A stretch of 38,906 nt of DNA from Rhizaria sp. SCN 62-66 (lineage: Eukaryota): positions 1 to 38,906 of the forward strand of contig MEDY01000352.1 in the NCBI GenBank assembly GCA_001724265.1, given 5' to 3'. Made by a program: the position numbers and the translations under genes. Positions 22,046 through 33,554 of this stretch are shown piece by piece; within the stretch, counting starts at the first letter, position 1; every line of letters begins with the position of its first letter. Below the pieces are notes generated by a model. It saw only the letters and a list, made by a program, of their open reading frames with translations. It was not told the origin of the DNA and searched no databases.

Positions 22046-25000
22046 ATGCAGAACGAGGCGTCCGCGAGCGCTGCCCCGGCCCGGGGTCCTCGCACCGCAC
22101 AGATGCACCGCTGTGTCTACAAGCACTACGTGGACCAGCCCGTGGCGACTGCGGCTGCGACCCAGGCCACGCAGCTCCCGCAGCAGAGCGCCGCACAGGC
22201 CGTGCTGGCAAACTCGCGCATTGCGCGCATCCAGTTCGAGATGATGAAGGACACGGACATCACCAAGCTGTCGCACCTCGAGATCGTCCACCGGTCCTTT
22301 TACGAGGTCAACCGCCAGGAGCCTATGCCCTGGGGCGTGCTCGACCGCCGTCTTGGCACTTCCTCCAAGGAAGCCAACTGTCAGACGTGCCTCAAGCCTC
22401 TGGCCGACTGTATCGGTCACTTCGGCCACGTGACTCTTGACCTCCCAGTCTTCCACATCGGCTACGTCAAGGAGATCCAGCGCGTTCTCCAGGCCGTGTG
22501 CAAGCGCTGCTCGCGCATCCTGCTGCCCGAGTCGTTCCGCGAGTACTACCTCTCGCGCATGGCGACGGGCGACCGCCGCCACCGGTCCGCCGTGAACCGC
22601 GAGGAGATCACCGAGCTCACTAAGCGCGCCAAGCTCTGCTCGCACTGCGGCGCGCGCAACGGGCAGATCAAGAAGATGCCCGGCATGCTCAAGTTCATCC
22701 ATGACCTGCGCGAGAAGGAGACTAAGTCTGCGCGCGACGAGCGTGCGTCACGCGAGAACACGCTCAAGGAGGCCGCGCGGCTGCGGCGCAAGGCGCGTGC
22801 CCGTGGCGAGACGGTCGACGACGCGTGGTATGACGAGCAGCAGCATGTCGGCACGGTGCAGACGACGGAGCGCGTGACCAACTTCGGCTACGGCCCGCGC
22901 ACGGGCACGGTGGCGCCCGAGACGTGGCGCGACGCGTTCGTTGAGTCGTTTTCCACGGCCGTTAAGCACAACTCGGCCATCGGTGACTACATCGATAAGG
23001 CGCTGCTCGAGGTGTCGCCGCTGTACGCACTCAAGCTCTTTGCGCAGATTCCCGACGAGGACTGCTACCTGCTGAACCTGGACCCGCAGCTGGGCCGCCC
23101 GGAGGACATGATCGTCACGCACCTCATCGTGCCGCCCGTCTGCATCCGCCCTTCAGTCACCATGGGTCCCTCGGGCTCCAACGAGGACGACCTCACGGTC
23201 AAGCTGGGTGATATTATCTACATCAACTCGTTCATCCGCTCCTGCTTCCAGAAGGGCATGCCCACCTCGGTCATCGTCGAGAACTGGGACTTTCTGCAGC
23301 AGCAAGTCGCCATGCTGGTCAATTCCGATCTCCCGGGCTTCAACAAGGCCGCCATCGCGTCCAAGCCCATCCGCGCGCTCACACAGCGTCTCAAGGGCAA
23401 GCAGGGCCGTTTCCGCGGTAACCTCTCCGGCAAGCGCGTCGACTTCTCCTCGCGTACCGTCATTTCCCCCGATCCGAACCTGCGCATCGACGAAGTCGGC
23501 GTGCCCCAACGCATCGCCAAGATCCTCACGTTCCCCGAGCGCGTGTTCGCGCACAACATCGAGCAGCTGCGCCAGGCCATCATCAACGGGCCTGACGTGC
23601 ACCCCGGCGCCAACATCGTCGAGTTCCGCAACGGGATGAAGATCTTCCTTAAGTTCGCGGACCGGCACAAGATCGCCGCCATGGTTGGCGAGGGCGATAC
23701 GGTCGAGCGCCACTTGCGCAACGGCGATATCTGTCTCTTCAACCGCCAGCCGTCGCTGCACCGCATGTCGATCATGGCGCACCGTGCGCGCGTGCTGCGC
23801 TGGCGCACGTTCCGCTTTAACGAGTGCGTGTGCACGCCCTACAACGCCGATTTCGACGGTGATGAGATGAACCTGCACTTGCCGCAGACGATGGAGGCGC
23901 GCGCCGAGGCCGAGTCTCTGATGGGCGTGCTGCACAACCTCGTTACACCGCGTAACGGCGAGCCGCTGGTCGCTGCCACGCAAGATTTCATCACGTCTGC
24001 GTTTCTCATCACCAGCAAGGACCGGTTCTTTTCGCGCGCGAAGCTCTGCCACGTTGTGGCCGGCATGGGCGACGCCAACGAGACGGTGCTGCTGCCCGTG
24101 CCCGCGATCCTCAAGCCGCAGCAGCTGTGGACGGGCAAGCAGGCCTTTTCGCTCCTGCTCAAGCCCAACAACGACCCCGCGCTGCACTGGCCGCTGGTGA
24201 CTGTGGAGCTCAAGGCGCGCAACAACAAGAAGGCACACCCGCTGGACCCCGGAGACGGCTACGTTGTGCTGCGCAACTCGGAGCTCATTTGCGGCTCGAT
24301 CGACAAGGACGCGCTCGGCGGGTCTAAGAAGGGTATGTTCTACCAGCTCATCCGCGGGCCGCGCGGGCCGGAGACTGCGGCACGCTTTCTCAACAGGCTC
24401 GCGAAGTGCTCCTCGCGCTTCATCGGCTCACAGGGCTTCTCGATCGGCATCGACGATGTGACACCGTCGCTCAAGCTGCAGGGTCACAAGCGCGCGCTGG
24501 TCGAGACGGGCTACGAGAACTGCCAGGCCAACATCGCAAAGTACCACGCCGGCCAGCTCGCGCTGCGCCCCGGTTGCGATGAGCTCCAGACGCTCGAGTC
24601 GATGCTGCTGGGTGAGCTCTCGGCCATCCGTGAAGACGCAGGCTCGGCGTGCTTTAAGGAGCTCAACCTGCTGTACAACTCGCCCCTCATCATGGCCATC
24701 TCCGGCTCGAAGGGCTCCAAGATCAACATCTCACAGATGACTGCGTGCGTCGGCCAACAGGCCGTCAGCGGCTCGCGCATCCCAGAGGGCTTCCACCAGC
24801 GCACGCTGCCGCATTTCCCCAAGTTCTCGCGCGATCCCGAGGCCAAGGGCTTCGTGGAGAACTCGTTCTTCACGGGCCTCACCGCCACCGAGTTCTTCTT
24901 CCACACCATGGGTGGCCGCGAAGGTCTCGTCGATACCGCCGTCAAGACGGCCGAGACGGGCTACATGCAGCGCCGTCTCGTCAAGGCCATGGAGGACCTG

Positions 25001-27598
25001 TGCGTGCAGTACAACGGCTCGGTGCAGACGTCGGAACGCAATATCGTGCAGTTCCGCTACGGTGACGACGGCCTCGACCCCGTACTCATGGCTTACGGCG
25101 CCATGCCGGTCAACTTTCCGCTCTACTGGGAGCAGATCCGTGCCGCTGTCAACGCGCACACGCGCAACGTCGCCGACGGCACTGCCTTTAGCGCTGCGGC
25201 GGCCGCCGCCGCTGCCGCACCTGTCGCCCGCGCCGCCGCCGCTGCCGCGCCCGCCGCGTCGAACGCCAAGGGCAACCGCCGCGACAACAAGAAGGACAAG
25301 GCCTCCGCCGCCGCCGCCGCCTCTGCCGCCGCTGCCGCTGCCGCGGCCTCTGCTGCCTCTGCCGGCAGCGCTGACGGGTCCGACCCCAAGACGTTCGTGT
25401 CTGACCTGCTCAAGTCGCTGCTGACGACCGCAGGCGGGTACAAGCAACTCGGCGAGCTGACCGACTATGTCGACATCGCGGCGCAGCTGGCCGCCGCGCA
25501 GGCCGCCGAGCACGCGGCCGCCGCCAAGCCCGTGCTCGCCGCCGCCGCTGCGGTGTCTTCCGCGGGCGGCGTCACCGTCAAGCTCGAGCCCGGCTCCGCG
25601 GCGGCCGCCGTCGCCGCTGCCGCCGCCGCCGCGCCCGTGGCCGCGGGAGGCAGCACGGGCTGCGTGAGCGAGGCTGAGGTGGCCTCCGCGGCCGACACCG
25701 CGCGCGCCGTGACCGCGGACGACTTCGAGCCGCTGTCGCCCGCGCAGATCGCCAGCGCCGTGCGCGTGTTCCTCGAGTCGCCCTGGGTCGTGGGCAACTG
25801 CACCGGCAAGTTCCTCGAAGGTCTGGTCGAGTTCATGGACAGAGAAGTGCTGTCGATGTGCCAGCTGTACGACCACGTGGGACTATGGTACGCGCCGCCG
25901 CTCAAGCGCGACGGCACGCCTCTGGTCAAGGCCGAGACGCTGTCCCCCGACGACGCCGCCTCTGCGCATACCGGTGGCGCGGTGAGCAAGACGGCGCTGC
26001 CGCACGACTCGGCGCTCAGACTGGTGCGGCAGACGATGCCGGTACTCAAGTCGCACCTCAACATCTTCCTCAACGGCTGCCAGTTCAAGTACGCGCGGTC
26101 GTGCATTGAGCCCGGATCCACGGTCGGCGCTGTCGGTGCGCAGTCGATTGGTGAGCCGGCGACGCAGATGACCCTCAAGACGTTCCACTTCGCTGGTGTC
26201 GCGTCGATGAACATCACGCTTGGTGTGCCGCGTATTAAGGAGATTATCAACGCCAGCAAGAAGATCAACACGCCCATCATCACGGCGCCGCTCGAATGCA
26301 GCACCGACGTCAAGACGGGCCGCATCGTCAAGGGCCGCATCGAGACGACGCGACTGGGGCAGATCGCGGAGAAGATCGAGGCCGTGTTCCAGTCTGGCCA
26401 GGCCTTTATCCGCGTCGTGCTGGACCCTCGTGTGATCGAGAGTCTGCAGCTCAACATCACCATCAGCAAGGTTGTAACGGCAATTTCAACGGCCAAGAAG
26501 CTCAAGCTCAAGGAGTGCGTCAAGCCGGCGGGCCCCATGACACTTCACGTGACCGCGCCCCCTTCGACGCGCGGGTCGAACCCGATGCATGTGCTGCAGA
26601 ACCTCAAGCACGCCGTGGCCGAGATCGTCGTCGAGGGCATCCCGACCGTGTCGCGCGCCGTCATTAACGACGACGGCAGCGGCAAGTACCATCTCCTCGT
26701 CGAAGGCTACGACATGCGCTCCGTCATGGGCACGCTCGGCGTGCGCGGCCGCGAAGTGACGTCGAACCACATCATGGAAGTGTGGAAAGTGCTCGGTATC
26801 GAAGCCGCGCGCACGACCATTATGCGCGAGATTAACACGACGATGGAGTCGCACGGCCTTAACGTCGACCCGCGTCACGTGGCGCTGCTCGCCGACACCA
26901 TGACGTGCCGCGGTGAAGTGCTGGGTATCACGCGCTTCGGCATCGCGAAGATGAAGGAGTCGGTGCTCATGCTCGCTTCGTTCGAGAAGACCGCCGACCA
27001 CCTGTTCGAGGCTGCGCTGCGCGGCGCATGCGACGACATCAGCGGCGTCTCTGACTGCATCATCATGGGCGTGCCTATGCCCGTCGGCACCGGTCTCTTT
27101 AACCTCATCTCTAAGTCCCAGCCTTCATCGCTGCCGAACATCGAGGAGCACAACGCGGCCGCCAAGCGCCAGAGCAAGGCCGCTAAGGCCGGCAAGGGTG
27201 CCGCGTCCTCCTCGGCCGCTTCTGGTGTCGCCGCCGCCGCTGCCGCCGCGCGCGCGGGCGCCGGCGCCGCGATGAGCGACGGCGAGGACGAGGAGCGCAT
27301 CGACCTCAGCGCGCTCGAGGCCCTCTCTGCCTCGGCCTCTGCGCCGAGCGGCTCTCGTCCCGCCGCGCGTGCCAGCGCTGGCGCGGGCGCGGGTGCGGGT
27401 GCGTCTGACAAGCGGCAGTCGCTCGCGGGCGCGAAGCCGCTGACGGGCCCGCTGGCGCAGCTGCTGCCCGCACAAGCCTCGCCCGGCAACTCGGGCATCG
27501 TCGGCCGCGTCGTGGAGCGCATCAAGCCCGCGCGCAACGACCCGCTGGCGTCGCGCGCGCCGTTACTGAGCCACTTCTCGGCCGCCGCAACCGCTTGA
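22046..27598 (+). CDS. POLR3A: DNA-directed RNA polymerase III largest subunit (RPC1)
   Basis: Zn site CQTC...CIGHFGH, RLKGKQGRFRGNLSGKRVDFSSRTVISPDP, catalytic YNADFDGDEMN (NADFDGD at 23843-23863), trigger-loop TQMTLKTFHFAG, and the Pol III-type GEVLGITRFGIAKMKESVLMLASFEKT. There is no heptad CTD. The first in-frame ATG is at 22046. Confidence 0.96.
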   Translation: MQNEASASAAPARGPRTAQMHRCVYKHYVDQPVATAAATQATQLPQQSAAQAVLANSRIARIQFEMMKDTDITKLSHLEIVHRSFYEVNRQEPMPWGVLDRRLGTSSKEANCQTCLKPLADCIGHFGHVTLDLPVFHIGYVKEIQRVLQAVCKRCSRILLPESFREYYLSRMATGDRRHRSAVNREEITELTKRAKLCSHCGARNGQIKKMPGMLKFIHDLREKETKSARDERASRENTLKEAARLRRKARARGETVDDAWYDEQQHVGTVQTTERVTNFGYGPRTGTVAPETWRDAFVESFSTAVKHNSAIGDYIDKALLEVSPLYALKLFAQIPDEDCYLLNLDPQLGRPEDMIVTHLIVPPVCIRPSVTMGPSGSNEDDLTVKLGDIIYINSFIRSCFQKGMPTSVIVENWDFLQQQVAMLVNSDLPGFNKAAIASKPIRALTQRLKGKQGRFRGNLSGKRVDFSSRTVISPDPNLRIDEVGVPQRIAKILTFPERVFAHNIEQLRQAIINGPDVHPGANIVEFRNGMKIFLKFADRHKIAAMVGEGDTVERHLRNGDICLFNRQPSLHRMSIMAHRARVLRWRTFRFNECVCTPYNADFDGDEMNLHLPQTMEARAEAESLMGVLHNLVTPRNGEPLVAATQDFITSAFLITSKDRFFSRAKLCHVVAGMGDANETVLLPVPAILKPQQLWTGKQAFSLLLKPNNDPALHWPLVTVELKARNNKKAHPLDPGDGYVVLRNSELICGSIDKDALGGSKKGMFYQLIRGPRGPETAARFLNRLAKCSSRFIGSQGFSIGIDDVTPSLKLQGHKRALVETGYENCQANIAKYHAGQLALRPGCDELQTLESMLLGELSAIREDAGSACFKELNLLYNSPLIMAISGSKGSKINISQMTACVGQQAVSGSRIPEGFHQRTLPHFPKFSRDPEAKGFVENSFFTGLTATEFFFHTMGGREGLVDTAVKTAETGYMQRRLVKAMEDLCVQYNGSVQTSERNIVQFRYGDDGLDPVLMAYGAMPVNFPLYWEQIRAAVNAHTRNVADGTAFSAAAAAAAAAPVARAAAAAAPAASNAKGNRRDNKKDKASAAAAASAAAAAAAASAASAGSADGSDPKTFVSDLLKSLLTTAGGYKQLGELTDYVDIAAQLAAAQAAEHAAAAKPVLAAAAAVSSAGGVTVKLEPGSAAAAVAAAAAAAPVAAGGSTGCVSEAEVASAADTARAVTADDFEPLSPAQIASAVRVFLESPWVVGNCTGKFLEGLVEFMDREVLSMCQLYDHVGLWYAPPLKRDGTPLVKAETLSPDDAASAHTGGAVSKTALPHDSALRLVRQTMPVLKSHLNIFLNGCQFKYARSCIEPGSTVGAVGAQSIGEPATQMTLKTFHFAGVASMNITLGVPRIKEIINASKKINTPIITAPLECSTDVKTGRIVKGRIETTRLGQIAEKIEAVFQSGQAFIRVVLDPRVIESLQLNITISKVVTAISTAKKLKLKECVKPAGPMTLHVTAPPSTRGSNPMHVLQNLKHAVAEIVVEGIPTVSRAVINDDGSGKYHLLVEGYDMRSVMGTLGVRGREVTSNHIMEVWKVLGIEAARTTIMREINTTMESHGLNVDPRHVALLADTMTCRGEVLGITRFGIAKMKESVLMLASFEKTADHLFEAALRGACDDISGVSDCIIMGVPMPVGTGLFNLISKSQPSSLPNIEEHNAAAKRQSKAAKAGKGAASSSAASGVAAAAAAARAGAGAAMSDGEDEERIDLSALEALSASASAPSGSRPAARASAGAGAGAGASDKRQSLAGAKPLTGPLAQLLPAQASPGNSGIVGRVVERIKPARNDPLASRAPLLSHFSAAATA

Positions 27599-28805
27599 GC
27601 ACGAAGTGGCTGTGTTGAAACGTGCTGAGGATGTCCTAACAAACGAAACGAGAAAACAACATGCAAAAAAGTAACCACTTTTTTTAGGAAACACGTTTGA
27701 AAACTCAAGCAATAACAAACGACAAAACTCGAATAATCAATTAAAATGTACATGTACTGTACATACAATGTCAACCATCTGATACTAGTATGTGTGATAG
27801 CTTTGAACAATCGAAGAACATTTATTTTATCGACTAAGCTGGCCATTAGATGTTGTTTTAATACAATTTCGTAATTATTATTAATCTATGGAACATTTGC
27901 TGCAATTGATTACGTCATCATATTTTATGTGTACCGTTTTCTCTGTCAGTTGCTTATTCCACTTTGTGGCTGGCCCGCGCAATGATACATGTACGTTGCT
28001 CGTGATGAGTGTTTGACCCAGTGCTATCGTATTTATCAGTGTTTGGATTGTATTTATTTTTTGAATGATAAGCTTCTGATACCTCGAAATAATTAATAGC
28101 TTACCAATATTAGTAGGAATAAAACAAACATCAATGTTCAAGTGCATTTGCTGGTTGGTCCCCAATCACGTACAACACCATTTATTGTTTTATGTTGTAT
28201 TTTTGCAATTTCGAAGGTAGCGTACAATTTAAATAAGTATCACAATTCTTGTTTCATTAATGTTGTTATTCTTATCTGCAATTTATACCAGCAGGTTCTC
28301 ATCCGCTGTAGAGAGTCATTTTCGGTGCTCATTATTCTGACTAACTCGCTGCCTCGCGCGATGCCGCCATCTTCAACCGTCCCATGCCTCGAGAGGCGCT
28401 GTCGCTGGTCTGGTACCTGCTCTGGACACGACTGAAGACGCCCCAAACTCAAACAATAGCGGCAGGTCCGGACACAACAAACGCACAAACGTAAAAGAGG
28501 TTCGCATCCCATGGCATCAGTGCGGGCACCGATCTGCTCTCCGCGCTCGCCACACTGGCGCCGCTGTACACGCGCGCTCCGCTGCTCTTGGCCGCGCCGA
28601 CAATGTCGGTCGCCAACACGGCGACGGCGACGTCTGCGCTGCCCGCCGCCGCCGCAGTCTCTGCCGCGGCCGCCGCGACGTGACCACGCGTGCCGCCGCA
28701 CTGCCTGTCGCGCAAAAAGAAAGCACTGTGTCGCCAGTCTGCGGCAATCGTCGGGTGCACGTAGTGCAACTCGAAAAAAACACAACGCACCGAGAAAGTC
28801 GTGTT

Positions 28806-31800
28806 TTAATCACGAAGCTGGATGTGGAACACCGGCCTTTGCGAGCTAAACTTATTTGATTTGGAAGGCGTCATCTTAACCGTTAAATGAGGGGACGGAA
28901 AAATAACAACAACCTCAGGACGAACTTGCACATGAAAACCCGATCCATTGTTGTACACGGTCTTCCACCCTTGCTGAGTCACCTGTTCATTCAGCGCCGT
29001 GATCACCGCTGCTTCAATCGCATTAATAAGGCTCCACACGCCGGGAAGATCAAATTTGTGCGATTTACTGATTGTGGCTTGAATAAGAGAAATGCGAGGA
29101 CTGTTAAAAGGGCCGTTAGGAAACTCCACCAAGATCGTATCGAAGTTTGGAAAGTTGGGGGCGTCAGGATCGAAGCGCCAGGCCAAGGCATTAAACCTAG
29201 GGGCCGTAGCGACGTCCCGCTTCTGCGCTGCGTCGGAACGAATCTTAACAATCTGAACTGCAATACGATTCGCAAGAGCTTCGAGCGTGATACCAGCCGC
29301 AAAAGAAGTAACACATTGAGAAATCTCGCCCTCCGCCAAAGCGACGCGCACATGCGTCATGTCGAGTTTTAAGCCAGTGGGTTTGCCTCGGTAATCTAAA
29401 AGATCATACACCTTCTTGTCCTGGCGGGTAAGAAAACTATTCTCATACAGAAATCCGTAAGCAGATGAGGCTAGCTTAACCAGTGCAGAGTGCTGCATGC
29501 CGATTGTTCCCTTTGCGGCGGCGTGGCGAAGAAGCAAATCAAATGCCCCAGGGCTGGCCTCTTGAAAACCACATAAAATATGATTAAGTGTAGCAATTGG
29601 CGTAGTGAGAGTAGTCCTTAAACGTTTCCGAATGTCGTTGGAGTCGTGATTTTTCGGGTACTGCTTATACTTAGTGAGCCACTCATCAAGAGTCCAGACA
29701 CATGGAGGTTCGGTGTGAGCCCGCAGCACATTTGTGACAATAGCGTGGGAGAGATTCATCAAACCAGGCCCATTGTACAGCAAATTTGTCAACTCATCTG
29801 TGGTCTTCGCATCGTTTAACTGATCTAGAGCGTTTTTGTCCAGAGATCGAATCGCAGTCGAGAGGTATTTACGGGCGTCGAATTGACTTGCCTGGCCGTA
29901 CGCAGCTTGTAAAGCGGCACGAAAATTACCCTTAACCAACGTGACTACTTCATCAACCTTAGGCGAGTAAAACTCGTTCAGCAGTTTAAACCCCTGTTTA
30001 ATCTCTGCGTCTTCCCAGGCGTAAGACCACAAAGAAACAACACCAGGGTTCTTTCGGGCGGAAGTAAGCTTCGGAGAAATAGCGCTATAATGCTTGACAT
30101 TAGGAGATGTTGCAATAAGACTGGTTGCCTTAAAGCCATCATTAAACAAAGGCTCCGCGTCAGCCTCGTCAGGGTCAAACAGGTAGACGACGTACTTGTC
30201 ACGGAATAGCGCACCTTCGACGTCACTGATACTCATCGCCCGAACAGGGTTCTCGTGTTTCGCAGAGTAGCATAAGATTTGATGATTAGCTCGCCCAGAA
30301 TGACAAATTACATCCATGCCAAGCTCAAAACGTGCGATGTACCAGATCAGATTCAGCATAACAGACTTGCCTGTGCCAGGCGGGCCGCGCAGTAAAAACG
30401 TGGTTCCAATCCCCGGATCGCCTACGTTGAGCGCTTGCAGATGAGTTGTCAGGATATTGTAAATGCCATTGTGTGACTTGCGCAGCAGTAAGCGTTGCAT
30501 AGGCGCCTCGGTTTTAAGACCTTTGCCGGAAAAGGGAAAATATGCACCTTTAGGGGCGTCCAGAACGTGAAAGTATTCAAATGATGAGTCATACGACGCC
30601 TTAGATTGGAACAATTCAGAGTTAGCATCATCATCCCACAGGTTTAATGCATGATCAACATCTGTCTGACACTCTGTCACCACTCGTTCAAATTTCTTGC
30701 GATGCAGGTAGGCATCCGCAAACGCTAGCCGCCTGGTTAACTCCTCTGTCCCGGCCCCGATGTCAGTGTCAGTGCCACCTGAGCCGGGGGCTGAGGCCTC
30801 GGCGGCTGTGGCGACGGCCTGCGACGGCAACAGCGCGGTGCTCTTCGACCCAAGCTGCACCGGCAGAGCCAGTGAACTCGCCTGAGTCTGACGTGCAAGG
30901 ATTGTTCTGTAGGTTTGCTCCGTGATCGCGGCAAAGTACTTTGCTTCGTTGTAAGCTTGGGTGAGTTTTGCGATTTTGGCGGCAGCTCGTGAAGCCCGGG
31001 CTCCTGCACGTCAGGGTGCGAGAAAGAATAAAAGAGAACAATGTGAGGAAAAAGGACAGTAAAATTGATGAAAACGAGTATAACAAGTCAAGGACGAAGC
31101 AAAAAAGTGAAAATAAGCAGTGAGACGTGGATTTTGCGGTGACGTACGCCGAAGAACAGTCAATGACGCCGTGAGCTTTTCATTGGCCTTTGTCACTTGA
31201 GCGTCAGCATCTGCCTACACTTTTGAGGCTACTGCAAACTTAGTCTCGAGAAGCCTCAAGCTTTGTTCAACCTAGCTTTCATTTTCAGACAATTCAGGGC
31301 GTTTTGAGTCAACTTTCTGCACATCGATAACCGACTAGTAGAATCGCGCAACCGTATCATCGTGATAGAGTTGCTCAACCGTATCCGCCATGATTTCAAC
31401 TTGATCACCTTCAGTTGCAACGCACACAACAGCATCGTGATCAACCGCGTGATCTTTATCAACTTTTGTCACAGCTTCCTTCACCTTTTCCAGTTGATAT
31501 GCCTTCCAAGAAACATGGTTCGGTGTCAGCTTCAAAAAAGCTGCGTGAAGCTCCCTTCCGACTTGGTACTCGGCAAAGTTCGCATTAGCGAGACGAACCT
31601 TGGCGAGCTTAACAACAGCCTCGTGGTTGATAATATCAGTCACCATAAGTTGTTCCTCGGCATTCTTAAGGCGGAATGTCACGTTTGCGCAATTCTCATT
31701 GTTAGCCGGAAGAGTCATCGTGAGATCGTGATCATCCTGAGCACACTTTAACTCAGTTTTTGCCTTCTTCACACCGCGGTCAGCCTTAACGAGATCACAA

Positions 31801-32387
31801 CACATTTTGAGATTGAAAATAGCTACCCGCAACTTGGTATCGGCGTCGCCACGCAAAACGAGAAGTTGCTCGAGGTTAGCTTCAGCAGCTGCCACCTCTT
31901 CGTACCTTTTGTATAATTGAGCTTCAGCCTCGATCTGACCATCACTCTTCGTTGGCGGTGTATACTCGGCGAGGAACTGCTCCAGAGGCGGTTGACTAAG
32001 ATCAAACTCTGCTCGAATCCACTGCTCGTAACAATCCTTCGCAGCCCTGACTTGGTCCAATGTAGTCTGAGCAGTTATCACGTTAGCGTGAGTCCGGAAT
32101 CGTTCGTCGCCGGAAGAAATCGCATCGCCAGAAGCAGCATTTAAGAGATCTAGAACATCCTTATTCTCAAGTTCATCCGGATCAATAAGCAGCGCGCTGA
32201 TGTTGCTGCCGTCTAGAGAGAGAAAGAGCGAGAACGGGAGAAGATGGAGAGAAAGAGAGGGGGAGGGAGAGAGAGGGCGAGGGAGAGAGAGAGGGAGAGA
32301 GCGGCAATAAGAAGGTTATATGACAAAGACGAACGCTCAATTGAAGGCAAGCTTACCTGTAAATTGGAACATGAACTGTAACAACAT
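28806..32387 (-). CDS. Crinkler/RHS-type effector-like protein: helical N-terminal region + P-loop NTPase + restriction-endonuclease-fold domain; exons ~32387-32357 (tentative), 32212-31148, 31003-28806; three in-frame TAG
   Basis: Walker A GPPGTGKS (30386-30363), Walker B-like VVYLFDP, the CR/RHS-type IATSP....Y motif, and C-terminal P..PNFPNFD...LIQATISKSH typical of CR-REase domains. Introns 32356-32213 (CAG|GTAAG...TAG) and 31147-31004 (C|GTACGT...CTGAC..CAG|GA) keep the frame. The 5' end is uncertain. Confidence 0.75.
32215..32300. repeat. GA/CT-rich microsatellite-like tract (polypyrimidine tract of a minus-strand intron)
   Basis: AGAGAGAGAAAGAGCGAG...GGGAGAGAGAGAGGGAGAGA abuts the acceptor at 32213-32214. 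Confidence 0.7.
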
Positions 32388-33466
32388 GTAGTGACATTGT
32401 GAAGGTGCGTACCGTTGGCGCTGCGGGATTGTACGTTCAGTTTGGTGAACAGAGCAGAGAGATCCGCATATGACTGATGTAAGTTTTGAAGCTGCTGCGC
32501 GGAGCCGCTCTGAGGAGTGGAGTAGCGCAAAGCGCGATGGGTCTAATCTTGAAGTTGCTCATTGAGGGCATGTGAGGACGATGGCGACACTCTAACAAGT
32601 TCAGTAGAAGCTGCGGATGTAGTGTTCGCAGCGTGAGCGTTATTGTTAATGCCCTTATTTGCGTTGCGGGCTTCGAGGCTTTGGCGCATGGTGGCGCTGG
32701 AAGCAGATTGGTCGTCCATGCAAGACAAAGAGAAGACTGATGGGTCGATGCAGGAGAGTGTTGAATGTACAAATCGAGATGTGAATCAAATTTCTCTTCT
32801 GTAGCGCGACAAATCAAACATTATAAGGCCAGTAACAAGAGGAATTGTGAAAATGTGAGGATGCCCGAGAAGAACGAGGGGACTCATTGCATTGCCAGTT
32901 GTGAATAGAGGAGGCTCAAGCGGAGAAGCTCTAAATGACTTTACGTAGAAAACAATAAGTCAGTCATGTACCATTACATAACGCAGCAGAGGAAGATGAT
33001 GTCAACATCGGTGTCCTATCACAGCGGTAGGTCTTATGGATCAGATTGACTGAATGCTTCTCGAAAGTCTGCGATGTTCGAAGTTAAGCCGTCAAGTCAG
33101 GACAGGCGGATTTTTCGGAACCAAAATGGCTAGAGTCTTTATTGAGCTTAAGAACAGCCGAGTGTAATAAATAACGAGTTATACTGGTCTCTGATGACTT
33201 TGTAACGGGAGCAAACCACGCATGTACATTAGCCGTTCGATTGGACGGATCGCGCGACACTGTAGGGCTGCGAAGGGACATTGTGGCCTGGCCTGGGTTC
33301 TTTACACTGGACAACAAGTCAGGGACACGGAGAGACACAACAAGAGAGAGCCGTGGTAAGATACGTGCTACGTGAAGACATTACGATGTGAAGCGCGAGA
33401 GTATAGAGATGCCACAAGCCACCACGAGACGACGTGGCGTTGAGGAAATGAAAAGCTCAGTTAAGA

Positions 33467-33554
33467 GTGTTCAGTCGCGTCAGGAAAGTTTTTAATCATT
33501 CATCCGTGTTTAACAGACACGGATCAGGAACTTGGATGTTGGATCATCATTATA
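33467..33554 (-). ncRNA. Box C/D snoRNA family A, copy 2 (snR48/U60-like guide)
   Basis: Box C ATGATGA at 33550-33544, D' CTGA, internal TCCGTGT/ACACGGA hairpin, box D CTGA at 33474-33471. It differs from copy 1 at one position, whereas the flanks are unrelated. It lies in intron 33621-~33268. Confidence 0.8.

Noticed and set aside
22046-27598. Intein in RPC1, or identity as Pol II RPB1
   Set aside because: No C/S...HN splice motifs or homing-endonuclease motifs, no heptad CTD, and Pol III-specific C-terminal motifs are present.
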